Assembly: GCA_905178155.1 (NCBI GenBank)
Contig: CAJINV010000019.1
Span: forward strand, 440,475-504,474
Direction of reading: 5' to 3'
DNA length: 64,000 nucleotides
Origin: Amoebophrya sp. A120
Lineage: Eukaryota; Protista; Dinoflagellata
Below are positions 21,815-34,400 of the stretch, one piece after another. A program made the translations under genes and the position numbers. Below the pieces are notes generated by a model. It was not told where the DNA came from and did no database searches. It worked only from the letters and a program-made list of their open reading frames with translations. Within the stretch, counting starts at the first letter, position 1; each line of letters starts with the position of its first letter.

Positions 21815-23945
21815 GACAGAACCTCCGGTCTTTTGCGTGTTTCCTTACCACTGTCTACTCGCTTTCCAAAAAGCGAACAGAGAAAACAACGTACGCAGGG
21901 GTTTTTTCTACCGCTCTAATGCTGCCCCCAGCGGATTCGTTCCACACGTCTGTGGCGCGCAAGAAGTAAAGAAGTACAGCACTTCAACTTCTGCTGTCAA
22001 ATAGATCTCCCGATGAACAGTGGGAACGAAGACAAAAAAAGCTTTAAAAAAGAAGCGCGTCGCGAAGGAGATCTTCTAGTAAGTTTACATCAGTCGTCGT
22101 CGTCGTCCTTCGCTGTGGGATCTTTGCTCCTAGTGATGGCTGGTGATTATTACGTACTTCTACTTTCTGACTACGCGTGAACAAATAAGTAAATTGAGAC
22201 AACGTACGTATTTATTACGTATTTAGGGGAAGGGAAGGCACACTCCCAGTGAGGTGGAACTGGAAGTAGAGACAAACTGAGACCAGGTGGCTGAGAATGG
22301 AATAGGTGTACGACTTGCACTTTCCCGTGCGAAATGACGGATAAACTCTTCGGGCGCGAGGTAGTTGCGCTGGTCATTGAATATCTATGCGACACGACGA
22401 CGTCTGAATATTTTTCTTCAGGACGAACGACTCAGATTTCTGATTGCACGAAGGAAATGGACGCCAAGTGCGAATGAATGTTGAACGACATACGACGAGA
22501 CAGGGCGCGGACGTGCGAAACAATGCCTCTTGATCTTCTGCAACAGCATGATAAACTGTTTATTTTCTAAACGGCAAGAATGAACGAGGTTGCCACTCGT
22601 ATCTTGAACACTTTTTTTGCCAAATGGTGAATCTTGACCAAGCTACTTAAGTCATTTCTGCACGTCGTGCTGCTCCTTTTTCTTTCCGTGTCGCTTTTCA
22701 AAACTTTGGTTTGATGGCTATGGCACGACCATTTTTATTGTAGCCGGGACTCCACCACAGCTGCAGTGCCACCTGCTGTATAGCAGCAATATTGTCTCGT
22801 GACACATGATTTTCAGCGCAGCAGCTGCAACTGCACCATCCAGAGAAACTCGGCTCGCGTATCATGAGGAAAAAACCCAGTCCCCCAGACTCAATGAAAG
22901 GAAGTAGATCTGTTGATTGTATATATTTCTGCAAAATAATTTGTCCCGACAGGTCCTGCTGCGACGCTGCAATGGATTTGTGATGACAAATTTCCTCAAC
23001 ATGAAAAATAAAATTTGTACAGAACGGTACGCGCTGAGGCCCAGAATTATTTGCACTACCATCGTGATTGGGGTCAAACCTTGCGTATATACCCGGGCGC
23101 GGTGCCCTCGTGGAACGGCTTTTGTTACACTGCGAAATTATAAGGATCTCAGTAGCCTACGCGCGCCATACCATGCGGGTTGGCCCTTCAAAGTCTTCTG
23201 GTTTTTGCTTTTGTCTTTTACTCACGCCTTTCCGGAATCCCGGGATTTCCCGAATCCCGGGATTTGTCGTGAAACTGGTGAAAATCGTGCAAAAGTTGCT
23301 TTGTTTTCTATGCTAATCGCGATGGTAGGACCTCTTTTGCACGAGTTTTTGCACCGTGCAAAAAATCGCGCAAAAGCCTAACACTTGTGTCGCGAATCGC
23401 GCTACTACGGGCCCTGTTTGCGGAGTTGCTTTTTCCTGGTTTTCCGCGATATTTCGCACAAGTCGCGCAGCCGAATCACGACGGCACGGCCTTTTTTTCA
23501 CGATGTGTCTCGCCGTGACACAAATCGGAACAAGCGCTGCGGTTTTATCTCGAATCGCGATGGTACGCGCCGGCTTTCGACCGGAGTCGGTTTCCGTGGT
23601 TTGTCGGTCGCGACCGCAACGTTTGGGAATCGCGACCCGCACCGCGGCACATGTGGGCAGTGTTTCCGCTTATCGCCCGCGCGCGTGTCTACTTTTACCT
23701 TGGCTGCCCTCGCCGACGCGGGTCGGAGTCCGCACGTCCTAACAGCACGGCGCCGACTGCTCAGCGCACTGCGTGCCCTGGCACATGGTGGCGCCAGCGT
23801 CTGCAGTCAATATCTTCCCGCGCGCGTAGTGCGCGCGGCGGCGCATGCGGGCAGTATTCCCCACCGCACTGCTGGTCTTTGCCTGTCGCGCGGAATGTCT
23901 CTCGGGTTCTTGTGGTTGTCACTGTGCGCCATATACATACTGTCG

Positions 23946-24246
23946 TGGTTGGTTGTCAATACGCCAGAACGACAACTCCTTCGCGTGGCGCCAACAACGG
24001 GCGCGGGGCAAATCCAAACCCCACCCGAAACAAGACAAGCCCTGTGCGTAAAATCGTATGGCGCTGGGAATTGCGATACGCTACAAGAGCGGTGGCTACA
24101 GTTTGTGGTAGCTAGGGAGCTAAAATCCTGCATGCGTGTCCTCCACGCGGGCGGCTCCTTGTTTCGGGTGGGGTTTGGATTTGCCCCGCGCCCGTTGTTG
24201 ACGCCACGCGAAGGAGTTGTCGTTCTGGCGTATTGACAACCAACCA
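23946..24246. repeat. 89-bp near-perfect inverted repeat with 123-bp spacer
   Basis: 23946-24034 is the reverse complement of 24158-24246 with one mismatch. Confidence 0.9.
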
Positions 24247-24889
24247 AACCATCTTGACAACTGCCGTATTGGCAACCAATCACCCAGCCCGCCTTCGCAA
24301 TACAATATTGCCAACGCCCCACTCTTTCCCTTCAGCCTGCGCAACAACCCTACTGCTGGGCACGCTTTCACGCCCGTCGGCGCCGCGCGCGGGCGCCCCG
24401 CCCAGTGCGGTTGCGGCCCCCCGGGAGGACGAGCGGACCACTTCCAGAACAGTCACCAACGAGGGGACCGGCCAGCCGCCCAACAGAAGCAGGCAGCGCA
24501 GTGGTTAGGTCCGTGGTGAGGCCCGCGGGCGCAATAGCTGTGCCCAACACACACAAGCCCCGCACTGGTTAGGTCCGTGTTGAGGCCCGCGGGCACAATA
24601 GCTCCAGTTCCGCCACCCCCTCGCGATACATAGCGGACCAGCGGGCAACCCACAACACTCCCCCCCCCCCAACCACCCATGCGGGCGGGGCCCGAGAGCC
24701 GGGCGCGCCGCAAGTGGGCGGCCCCTTGCGTGCCCGCGGCGAAAAACGGGCGGAGTCGGCCAGCAAGGCAGCAACCATCCAAACGAACAGGACATCCAAA
24801 CGAGCAGGACAATGGGCCCCCACCAAACTTTCCCCTTTCAGGCAGGTAACTAAGAAGGCGGAGGCCCGTTCCGGACCTGATACGGCGGA

Positions 24890-25510
24890 AGTGGGGGCCC
24901 CCTTCGGGCGGGGGCGGCAGGGAGGCGGAGCCCCCGTGTGGGCAAGAAGGGCCGCGGGGGCCCCCCGCGGGAGGGCAGGAGACCGCTTTTGGCCGGCAGC
25001 CCGCAGGAGGCGGGGGGGCCTCCTGCGCGCAAGCAAGGAGGCGGGGGCCCCCCTGCACGAGCGGTACCCAGCGGCCGGAAGGGCGGGAGCCGGGGGGCCC
25101 CCCTGCAGGCGGGCCCCCAACGGGCGAAAGGGTGTGAGGGGGGACGGGCAAGGGGGCGTCGGCCCCCTGCGCGTGAGCGGTGAAAGAAGGAAGCGGGGGC
25201 CCCCTGTAGGCAGGATACCCCCTGCGGGCGGGAGCCGGGGACGGGGGCCCCCCTGCAGGGGCGCGGGAAGTGAAAGAAGGAGGCATGGGCCCCCCTGCAG
25301 GCGCGGTACCAGCGGTCGGCGCCCCGCGATGCCCAGCTGGCGAAAGGTTGTGTGGGGGGGCGATCAAGGAGGCGGGGGCCCCCTGTAAGTGGGCAGTGAA
25401 AGACGGAGGCGGGGCCCCCCTGCGGGCGGGAGGGCGGGAGTCGGGGACGGGGGCCCCCTTGTGGGGAGGCTACCGAGCGGGCGAGAGGCGGGAGGGCGGG
25501 GGCCCCCTGT
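24890..25510. repeat. G-rich degenerate satellite (GGGGGCCCCCC motifs)
   Basis: More than ten GGGG(G)CCCC(C) palindromes at irregular spacing. Confidence 0.7.
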
Positions 25511-25997
25511 TTTCCCCGAGGGTATGCTCGACGCTAAAAATATAACCTTCACCGTGCCGTCGTGTTTCAAAGTCTGGGCCTCAGCACGTACCGGTCTCAA
25601 TTTGTAATGCGGATTTGCCTTCAGATAAAGATTTGTAATGCATGACTGCAATGTCAGTACTCACTCTGGGGTTCTTGGATTTTTCAAATCTCGATATCGC
25701 AAGCTCGCGTCGGTTTCGAAGAGCCCGGTGTAAAAACTGGTTGACGTGCGGCACCCTATCAAAGTGAAAACCCAACGAAATAAAACCTTCTTGTACTTCT
25801 TTGAATTTGATTTTATCAATTTTGACTCCTCATTTCTGTTGTGGTAGTAAGTTCTGCACTACGTTCGTTCAATACCTGTTGTTTCGCAACAAAGCAGCGC
25901 GGGTCGAAGGAGGGGAAGTTGCATTCGATTTCCTAATCCTAGTTCGGAATCGACATGACCATGAGACGGGCTTTTTGCACGGAGGTTCTCAACTTTG

Positions 25998-28561
25998 ATA
26001 CAGGTGACCGCCTTTGCTCCTCGGGCGCACATGCACGTGTGCAGCGCATGCGTGAACAAGACCGCGACGCCCGTGTTGGAGGAAATTATCACAGTCAATA
26101 CGCACCAGGTTTTCACTAACGTACTACCAACGAAGTAGACTCATCTGCCCTGCAGTACGGGAAACATGCAAAAACGTGTGCAATGAACAACCGCTCTTCA
26201 AAAAGGTGGAGCCTTTAAGTATCCCCCGCCTGCTGCAAAATTCTGAAAAGTCACTCCTTGTTCAGTACATCATCATGAGCTTGCTAGCATCGAGGGAGGG
26301 GGCTAGCATTGGGGGAGCGGCAATGCTATGGGCTATGGAGCGTTTTTCGTGTATGACACGAGTAAATGTCATCTGATACGCTTTAGCAAAACCTCGCTTG
26401 TCCTCTGTGATAGAAGTCTTGTCTGCAGAAGAGGACTCCACCTCTTCGCTTTCTACTGTGGGCGATCCGTTCAACACCTCCGGGCTCGTAGCTGAGGGCG
26501 AGGCTTTCGTGGAAAACTGGTCGCTTCCGTCACAACTCGTCGATATAGAAGTGAGAGGTGCGAAGGGAGATCCTCACTGTGACTACAGGTGGAAAGACTA
26601 CTTCGTTCTAGTATTGCGCTGTTGTTCTTGCAACATCATCAAGAACGTCTTCATTGCATGCTGTTCGAGTTCGACACCAGGGTAGGTGTAAAACTAAAAA
26701 GCCAGTTCGCAACAAATCCTTATGCTGCTACGTTTAAGCAGCTGGGACGATCATTTCTAATGAATTTTCATCATGCATATGCAAGTCATTCTTCGTCCTG
26801 TTCCCACCTCACTAAGGACTTCCCAGCGGGGGAATGATTTCTTTCATAGTCGACGGCGGTCGGGTCGAGTCTACGCTCGATGTCACACTAGTTGCGGAAA
26901 GCTCACTGCGGGCGTCCTTGTCCTTTTCTTTCTCCTCCGTTTCGCGACTAAATGCAGTCTGATGTTGTAGCGCCTGCTTTTTGATGAAAGCAAAGTTGTC
27001 AAGTGGCGCCTGCTGTTGGGCTGCTTCACCTCCCCTCTGTGCAGTCAGTTTCGCCCCCGTTTTATTTGTTGAAGCGTCGGAAAGAGCATTGGCCGTGCCC
27101 GTGATGATGGAAGAAGATGAACCCACTGCAGCTCCTGCTTCAGCACGAGCGCGCTTTCTCAAAACGCCGCGACTACCCACCGCTTCGGCCACCGCGAGGC
27201 CAATGTCTTTCGTCAGTCGTTCCTGCACCTGTAGCCGCTTGGCATACATCTCGCAGATCTTGGGCACCTTGGACAACCCCAACACCTTGTCGTGGACCAG
27301 AATCCCAACGTGGACCCGCCCGGTGAAGGGCAGAAGATGATGCTCGCAGATGGAGGACACCGCGATGTCGGTCAAGACCACCATGTTGTGTTGACTTTTC
27401 TGCTCGGAGAAAGGTCCGCCGGACGAGGAGGCGGAGGTGGAGAGTACTCTTGAGGAGCAGGAGTTGTTTGTTGCGACGCCGTAGTTCATCCCGCCCGACG
27501 GCGCTGAAAAAGAAGAATCAGGTAGTTGGTCTCGGCTAGGACTTCTGTCGTGATCATACCTCCGGTAGTTCCGGGCTGCATGGTTGAAGGTTCCTCTCTC
27601 GTCTTTCATGATTGGGTCCTCCTCAATCGCAGAAGACCACCTCCGCCCCTGGATGACTTTTTGGTCGCGGAGTTTGTTCTGCAAATCTTGGTTGTCATCG
27701 TTTCCGTCGTACTTCTGCTGGACAACTCCTCGCTTTTCTTCTTCGTCCACACGGTCTTCGAGATCGAAAGACTATGCAGTGGAAAGCACTTTGCATTCTG
27801 AGTGTCTGGAAGGTACTAGTTTCTTCGGGAGCGTAAACTCGTGTGGAAAACAAAAAAAGCATAAAACAGGAAGCGAACTTTATAGCCAGAACTGGCGCTG
27901 CTCTTCGGTCCACGTCGACAAAAAACATTTTTTTTGACGATGACGGGCCGCTATAGCAGCAAATAAACGAGTAAGTAGTTCAAAATCATACAAACTTTCT
28001 GTATGCAAAAATTACAACTCACAACGTCCGGTCACGAGTCAAAACGCCACTACACTTTAGAGCTTTCCCAAAGCGTAGCACCGCGTCGTTGACAATTTCG
28101 GCCAAATTCTCCCGGTACCCGCTCGTCATCTCCAACCAGGCCTTCGCCACCCGCTCCGGGGTCTTTTGCAGCCCCTCGCGGTCGGGGTCTTCCCCAAGCA
28201 GGTGCAGCAGCTCCTTGGTCAGTGCCGCAATCCGCGCTTTCTTCTCGTCTGATGTGACGGTCGTCACAGGGGTCGGACTCGACGGGTGAAAAGTGACTTC
28301 ATCTCGACCGTCTTTGCCGCGCGTGGCCGCGGAGGTGGTCGTACTAGTTGTCAGCAAGGTACAATTTTGGGGCGTCGTCGATCTCCCGTTGTTGTGCGGC
28401 CCACCCGGCGCAGTAGAAGTTCTGGGTGGGAGCTGTTTTACCACCGCCGTTTTAGCAGTGGCACTTTGTAGCACGGGCTTGCAGAAAAGCGCCGCCTCTT
28501 GTTCCTCGTCGCTGGTGCGAGGTTGCACGGGAGGGTCGAACTCATTCAGAATCTCGATCAT
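25998..28561 (-). CDS. GCH1: GTP cyclohydrolase I with large low-complexity insertions (3' junctions unresolved)
   Basis: [53 protein letters not shown], and C-terminal [12 protein letters not shown] at about 26010-26075. Confidence 0.9.
27773..28077. mobile_element. Degenerate introner in GCH1 (also has a GT-AG option)
   Basis: TIR TAYGC..TGGAAAGC.CT; DR decayed; frame restored. Confidence 0.6.
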
Positions 28562-29399
28562 GTTTCGATTTCGCTCTTCTCGAAGTTTTTGGTATCCACC
28601 TCGGTCAACATTTTAGTCGGCAATTTTTTACTGCCTGAAATAGAATTCAAAAGAAATGGGTCGCCAACAATATCATGGAAACTTTAGTTACAACAAAAGT
28701 GAAATCGCAGTTTATCTTCTGAACAATATCGTAGCACGAAAAAGCAAAAGGCGCAGCGAGGCTGCCACCTCAAGAAATGATCTGTGTGCATCTTCTTTTG
28801 TCTGAGCAAAAAAAAAAACAGTAACCCTGATCGGCAAGTGATCAGACAATCGAAATTCTTTTCTTTTTTTAAAAGCTATCTTTACAAAACAAAGGGAGTG
28901 ATTTTTTATTGCAAGAAAAAAAGCAAAAGAGGTCCTGTTGCAATTTGTGGGTTACAATTACATCTCCAGTCGCGGTCAGCTGCTTCGGCCGATTTTGGAC
29001 AGTGGGATGAAAAAAGAAGGCACAGTAGCAAAACTTTTTCCTTGATCCGCACGAAAAGTACTTCCTTCTCTTCCAAAACAGAAAACGCTCATCGAAGCCA
29101 TCGCTCGCTTTTTTTTTGCGCATTTGCGAAACAACTGTGAGTCGGCCACTACTTAGCGCTGGTGGGGTGTAAGACTAAAAACTCCGGACAGCTGAAACGA
29201 CTTTCCAAAACTTCTTCGCTTTCGTGCTAGGATATTGCCGCCCTCAGGCGTGAGTTTCATTTTTTCTGATTTTTCATTCTTTAAGAATATACTTTTTCAG
29301 TTCATCAAATTCCGCTTCGCATCGGAGAAAAAAATTGTACAAGACATTCATGATTTTTGCTCATGAGATATTATGAAGATCGCGCCCGGAGGGCGATAT

Positions 29400-30832
29400 T
29401 GGTAACCAAATGCGTGCGCGAAAATCTAACCAGCGCGAAAGGCAAACCAGCCGCGCGGCGAAAGCGCGGCCCTGCGGGCCGCGCTTTCGCCGCGCGGCTG
29501 CCACCACCATTTCTTCTTCTTCTTCTAATCTAGAATCCCACTTCTTCTTCTTGAGCCGCGGGCCGCAGTTTGCGGTCGCGGCCCTAAAGGGCCGCGAGCA
29601 CAAAGGGCCGCGGACAACTACTGTCGCCCGCGGCGGCCCGCAGGCTCCTGCGATAAGCTTTGAAGGCGAAATCCGGTCTGCTATTTCGCAGCGGGGCATC
29701 CTTTCTAGCCCCCTGCATGACAAACTGGCCTCCTGGCCAAGAAGGTATGCGGAAAGCCGAATCTCCGCGGACCCTTCCGGGCCACCAAAATCGGGCATTT
29801 CAGACGCGGCGGAGGTGCAGGATTTGTGCCCACAAACCAGGGCAAATAGGGATTTTGTGACATCCCTCCGCCCGCTTCTAATGCGTTTTTTTTTTCACAA
29901 TCCCGATGGTATGGCGCGACCACGCGCCCGCCGGACCGCCCTTGGCGGCCAGTTTGTAAGCCTGCCGAGGGTTCTCGGTTTTTTTCAATTTTCGCTCTTT
30001 TTTGTGGTTCTTAGGTGGCCGAAGGGCTCCGGACATTTTCACCGACCGCAGCTGCCTGGCAGTTTCGGAGCCTGCGGAGGGATTGCGCTTTTGCGCATTT
30101 TTTTCTCTTTTTCTGGTTTCCAAGTGGCCCGGGCGACCTGGACATTTTTACCGCCCGCATCTCCCTGGCAGTTTTGAAGCCTGCGGAGGGATTGCGCTTT
30201 TGCGCAATTTTTCATCTTTTTTCATTTTCCAAGTGGCCCCAGCGACCTGCACATTTTTACCGCCCGCATCTGCCTGGCAGTTTTGAAGCCTGCGGAAGGG
30301 TTGCGCTTTTGCGCAATTTCTCATCTTTTCTCATTTTCCAAGTGGCCCGGGTGATCTGGACAAAATCCGACGATTGCTTCCGCCCACGTTATGAAGCAAA
30401 TTTTTGCCATTTTTTTCCAACTTTTTCCAGTTACGAAGCGGCCCAAGGCTTCCGGACAGGTCGCGGGCCTGCTTCTCCAACGCAGCTGCCCAGCGGGCGG
30501 AGCAAAAAACAGTCCGTCTCTTTTTCAGCTATCAAGTGGGCCAAACCGCAAAAATGCTCTTTTTTCACCTTCTCCCGCTTGGTTTCTGCCGTTTTTGCGA
30601 CATTTTTGCCCTCCTGGACATTTTCCTATCTGGTCCGCTTTTTTTCCCTTCTCCCGCTTCATTTCTGGCCATTTCCCTGACCTTCACGCCTCCCGGCGGT
30701 TGCCCTATATGGTAACGGCAACTGCCTTCGCGCTGCGTTTGCTAAGCAATATCGCAAGCGCGCAGAGCGCGCGCGCCGGCTTCGTGGGCCGGCGCGCGCT
30801 CTGCGCGCGCGCGCGCACGCATTTGGTTACCA
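29400..30832. mobile_element. Non-autonomous DNA transposon with 21-bp TIRs and internal 109-bp tandem repeat
   Basis: TGGTAACCAAATGCGTGCGCG at 29400-29420 with perfect inverse at 30812-30832; ~3 units starting 30032, 30141 and 30250. Confidence 0.8.
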
Positions 30833-31430
30833 GATCAACACATGTACTATTACTGAGTGATGAAAAAAAGTTAGGATTCTGAAAAAAAGTGCGACTACAA
30901 AGTAAGTTTACTCCCCGCGCAGCACGCCAACCCCACCGCCGTTCTACTTCTCACCCCTCTCCGTCCAGCTGTTTCGCCCACCGCGCAGCTTGCCTCCTCT
31001 GTGGAGGCGTCAGAGTTTTATTAACACTTCTTGCGGCCTTTATTTGAAAAACTGTGCGGCTTGGGGGTCAGAATTTTTGCACTGGGGCTGTTCTTACAGC
31101 TTGTTGTCTCAAGTTCGAAAAAAAATGGTCCAAGCTGATCTACTCTGTATTGCTTCGCATTTTTCACGCATAGTAAAACGCTTTCAGTATCAATTGCCGG
31201 ACCCTACTTTTCGTAGTTTGTTCCAAGATTGTAGTAAAGCGTCCTGTCCGTCGTCTCTGGACGTCTTGCAATAATGTTGATCTAGATAAAATAAAACGGT
31301 ATTTGTTCAAGATTTCTGGTTTTAATCCAAAGTTATGTGCTCGTTGTAAGTAGCTGCGCGCATGATATTGAGTAGCGTGCTTGCTGCACCTCCCAGCAGA
31401 CCTCCTCGGTAGTTGTAATGGTATCTAACA

Positions 31431-34400
31431 TCATATGATCCCCTTGGGCAGGTCCTTGCCGGGAATCTTGTGCAACTCGATTGTTACCACGTCCGAGTCC
31501 GAAAAGTCCTCCCCGTCTTCGTTCCAGCTCATCTGGTATGCATTGCAAATCTGTCTGGGTGGTCTGGAAACTTGTGATGCAAGGAAGGGAATAATCACCA
31601 CACCGTTATGCGCTCCCCAGCGTGACAAGTTTTTCCCTGGTTCAGAGTTGCGTACTCCGCATGAGAAACTGCGTTTTTCGATGACAGACAAGAGGAGCTC
31701 TTCGCGGGCACGCAATACAGAGCTCAGAGTCAACGTCAAGCCAGACTAGCATGACAAATCCCGCAATCTCCCAAAGGCCCAGACATATTTGCAGTTCATA
31801 TCTGCAACCCCGCGCTCGGCCGTCTCTCCGTGCTGGATCCCTTCTCCAGAAAACTCCGCCTTCCGCTCGTGCTTCCGGCTTTGAAACCCCGCGCAGACCG
31901 CTTTATGCACGAGAATTCGAAATCGCAATACAAGACGCTGTTGGTACCATAGTGATACCGGACATTGCATGACAACCCAGACTGCTTTGCTCAGCTGGCA
32001 TGAGAGGTTTCATTGTATTCGCTATTCCGGAGCCAATTACTATTACTCATTCTCCTTGGAAAAAGGTTCTCAGCTGTAAGTTTTTCATGCAGGATACCGG
32101 CGAACAGCGTGTGCGACTGCAATGGTGTAACTCCACGGCATACTCTGTGCGAAAGCCGCGAACCCAAACTCGTCTCGGTAGTACTGGTGATCTAGCTTGT
32201 ATCCAAGAGAAATAACCTGTCACGCAGAAAATTGTAGTTGTCATGCGGGTCACGAATGGTCAGATCCATCTAGTTATTCATCTTCGCATGTGTACTATTG
32301 CAAGAAACAGCATAAGCACAGTATCAGCGAGAGGTTTTTTCTTGGATAGATCGCTGGTTCCAAATTTCTCGGCGGCGATATCGTCGGTGGAAGTAGACTA
32401 TCAACTGCAAAAATGTCTGGGTCTGGAAGGATGCAAGGTTTGTCATGCATATTTTGCATGACCCATGATGTCTGTGATGCATGCTCTAGCATCACATATT
32501 TTTAGAGGCCTTCCTGATGCCTATCCCGCATGACAAATGACCTCCCCGCGTAGCACAAACTGGGCTCGTCTTGCTGGTCATGCAATACAGATTTTTTTAG
32601 AGTTTCAAAGTTAGCACCACAAGTTCCAAACTTCCAGACCCAGACATATTTGCAATGCATATAGACAAGCTGTCCGTATTGCCGTCAACCAGCTGGTGTT
32701 GTATGGAAGCGTCAGGTTTGAAATCGTCAAAGTTGAAATAATTTGTAATGCATAAAAGTACATGACCCGAGGCGCGTGTGTTACAGAGCAGGCAAGTGAG
32801 GCCGATTGTAAGCCTGTTTGGGGTTACAGCTCGAGCTGCTAAAGTAGCATGAGAAAATCACTCTTCTTTGCCTAAACAGCATGAGAAACTGGATTTAGGA
32901 ACCGCCGAAATTTGTCATGCGCCACTTGGAAACTGGGTTCCAACTAGCATCCATTTTATGCACGACAAATTATTTCAACTTGGTCGATTTCAACTCTGAC
33001 ACATCCATATGTTGCTGTCCACCCGCATCGGCCCCGCCGGTGCTAGTATCGGCCAAACCGCTCGCGTATGCATTGCAAATGTGTCTGGGTCTGGAAGGTT
33101 GCTGCAAAGAACTCTGTCATGCTTGGGTGCTATGAATCTGAGCTCTGTCATGCGAGGTAGCGCATGGCTCCGCTTGTATGCTTGTCGTGGAAAAACGCAG
33201 TAGCACAACTTTGTCATGAATTATACGCACCGCACAGGCGTGACTAAAATTTGCCATGCTTGGCTGTGCATAAGAAGCGCTTGTGGTTCAGGATCTTTCC
33301 AAACTTGCATGACAACTTTCCAGACCTCAGCATCTTTGCATTTGATATCGGGGAGCGCATCATCCCGGCCATCAGTGGGACGACCTCGATCGGATCGTTG
33401 GAAGCCTTTTTCGATCTCCAGTGTAAAAACGCACCTCCCATGTCGCCAGAGTTCTCATGACACAGTCACAGAGTTGCATACTTAAAGAAAATTTAATATC
33501 AGGCGCATCGTCTCCGCCAACATAATGCAGGTCATATTTGTACTCGTGTTCAGTAGAAATCTCTCAACAAGAAGTCGCGTCTTGACTTCTATCATGGGTA
33601 GATGAGTTTTTACGTAGCATATTCGACGATGAAGCGGAGTCAGAGCTCGACAGCAGCGTGGGTGCGCGAAAATCTTCTCCTCGGGTGTAGGTCCCGTCCC
33701 CGAGCATTATCGACAGAAAAAATCCCCCCTCCCCATATCAAAGCGGAATCGCTGATGCTGGATTTGTGTACACACGTCAGCGCTGTATTGCAGGAAGGCA
33801 CTGCGGCCAGATCCCAAGGCTAGGTAGGGGCGTATGGGTGTAGTTGTTCAGCATGGCAAGCGGCTCCTTTTTGGGCCCAACAGCATGGCAAATTGCTTCC
33901 ATAATGGGGCGGAAGCTTCTGCCCTTGTCTTCTTGCAAGACAAATGCGATTTGTGACCTCAAGCCAGCAATACAAATTTTCGGAAACATACCTTTTCAAT
34001 ATGGGGAGAGGGGACTTTTCCTTTTGATAAGCGTCGTTTGTCGCGGAATCAGCGGACTGGGCCCCATATCAAAAGCAAATATGTCTGGGTGATGCTAACT
34101 TTGAATTCAAAAAAATCTGTATTGCATGACCAGCAAGTCAAGTCCAGTTTGTGCTACGGGGGGAGGGCATTTGCCATGCGGAATAGGCATCAAGAAGCGC
34201 TCATAAAATCTGTGTTGCTAGGGAATACATCACAGATGTCGCGGGTCGTGTAAAATCTGCATGACAAGTTGCAACCTTCCAGACCCAGACATATTTGCAT
34301 TTGATACCCCATCGGGGCGGGCTCGTCGGTCAGCAGCGCAGAGATGGCGTTTTTCGACATTTCACCCTGGGCTATGGCGAATCCCACCCGCATTTTCCTC

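Noticed and set aside
19945-21816. 623-aa plus-strand ORF
   Set aside because: Antisense shadow of the Cys-rich minus-strand gene; it crosses introner boundaries and has no motifs.
23385-25651. Many overlapping ORFs
   Set aside because: Artefact of GC-rich repeats; no transposase motifs and no convincing element ends.
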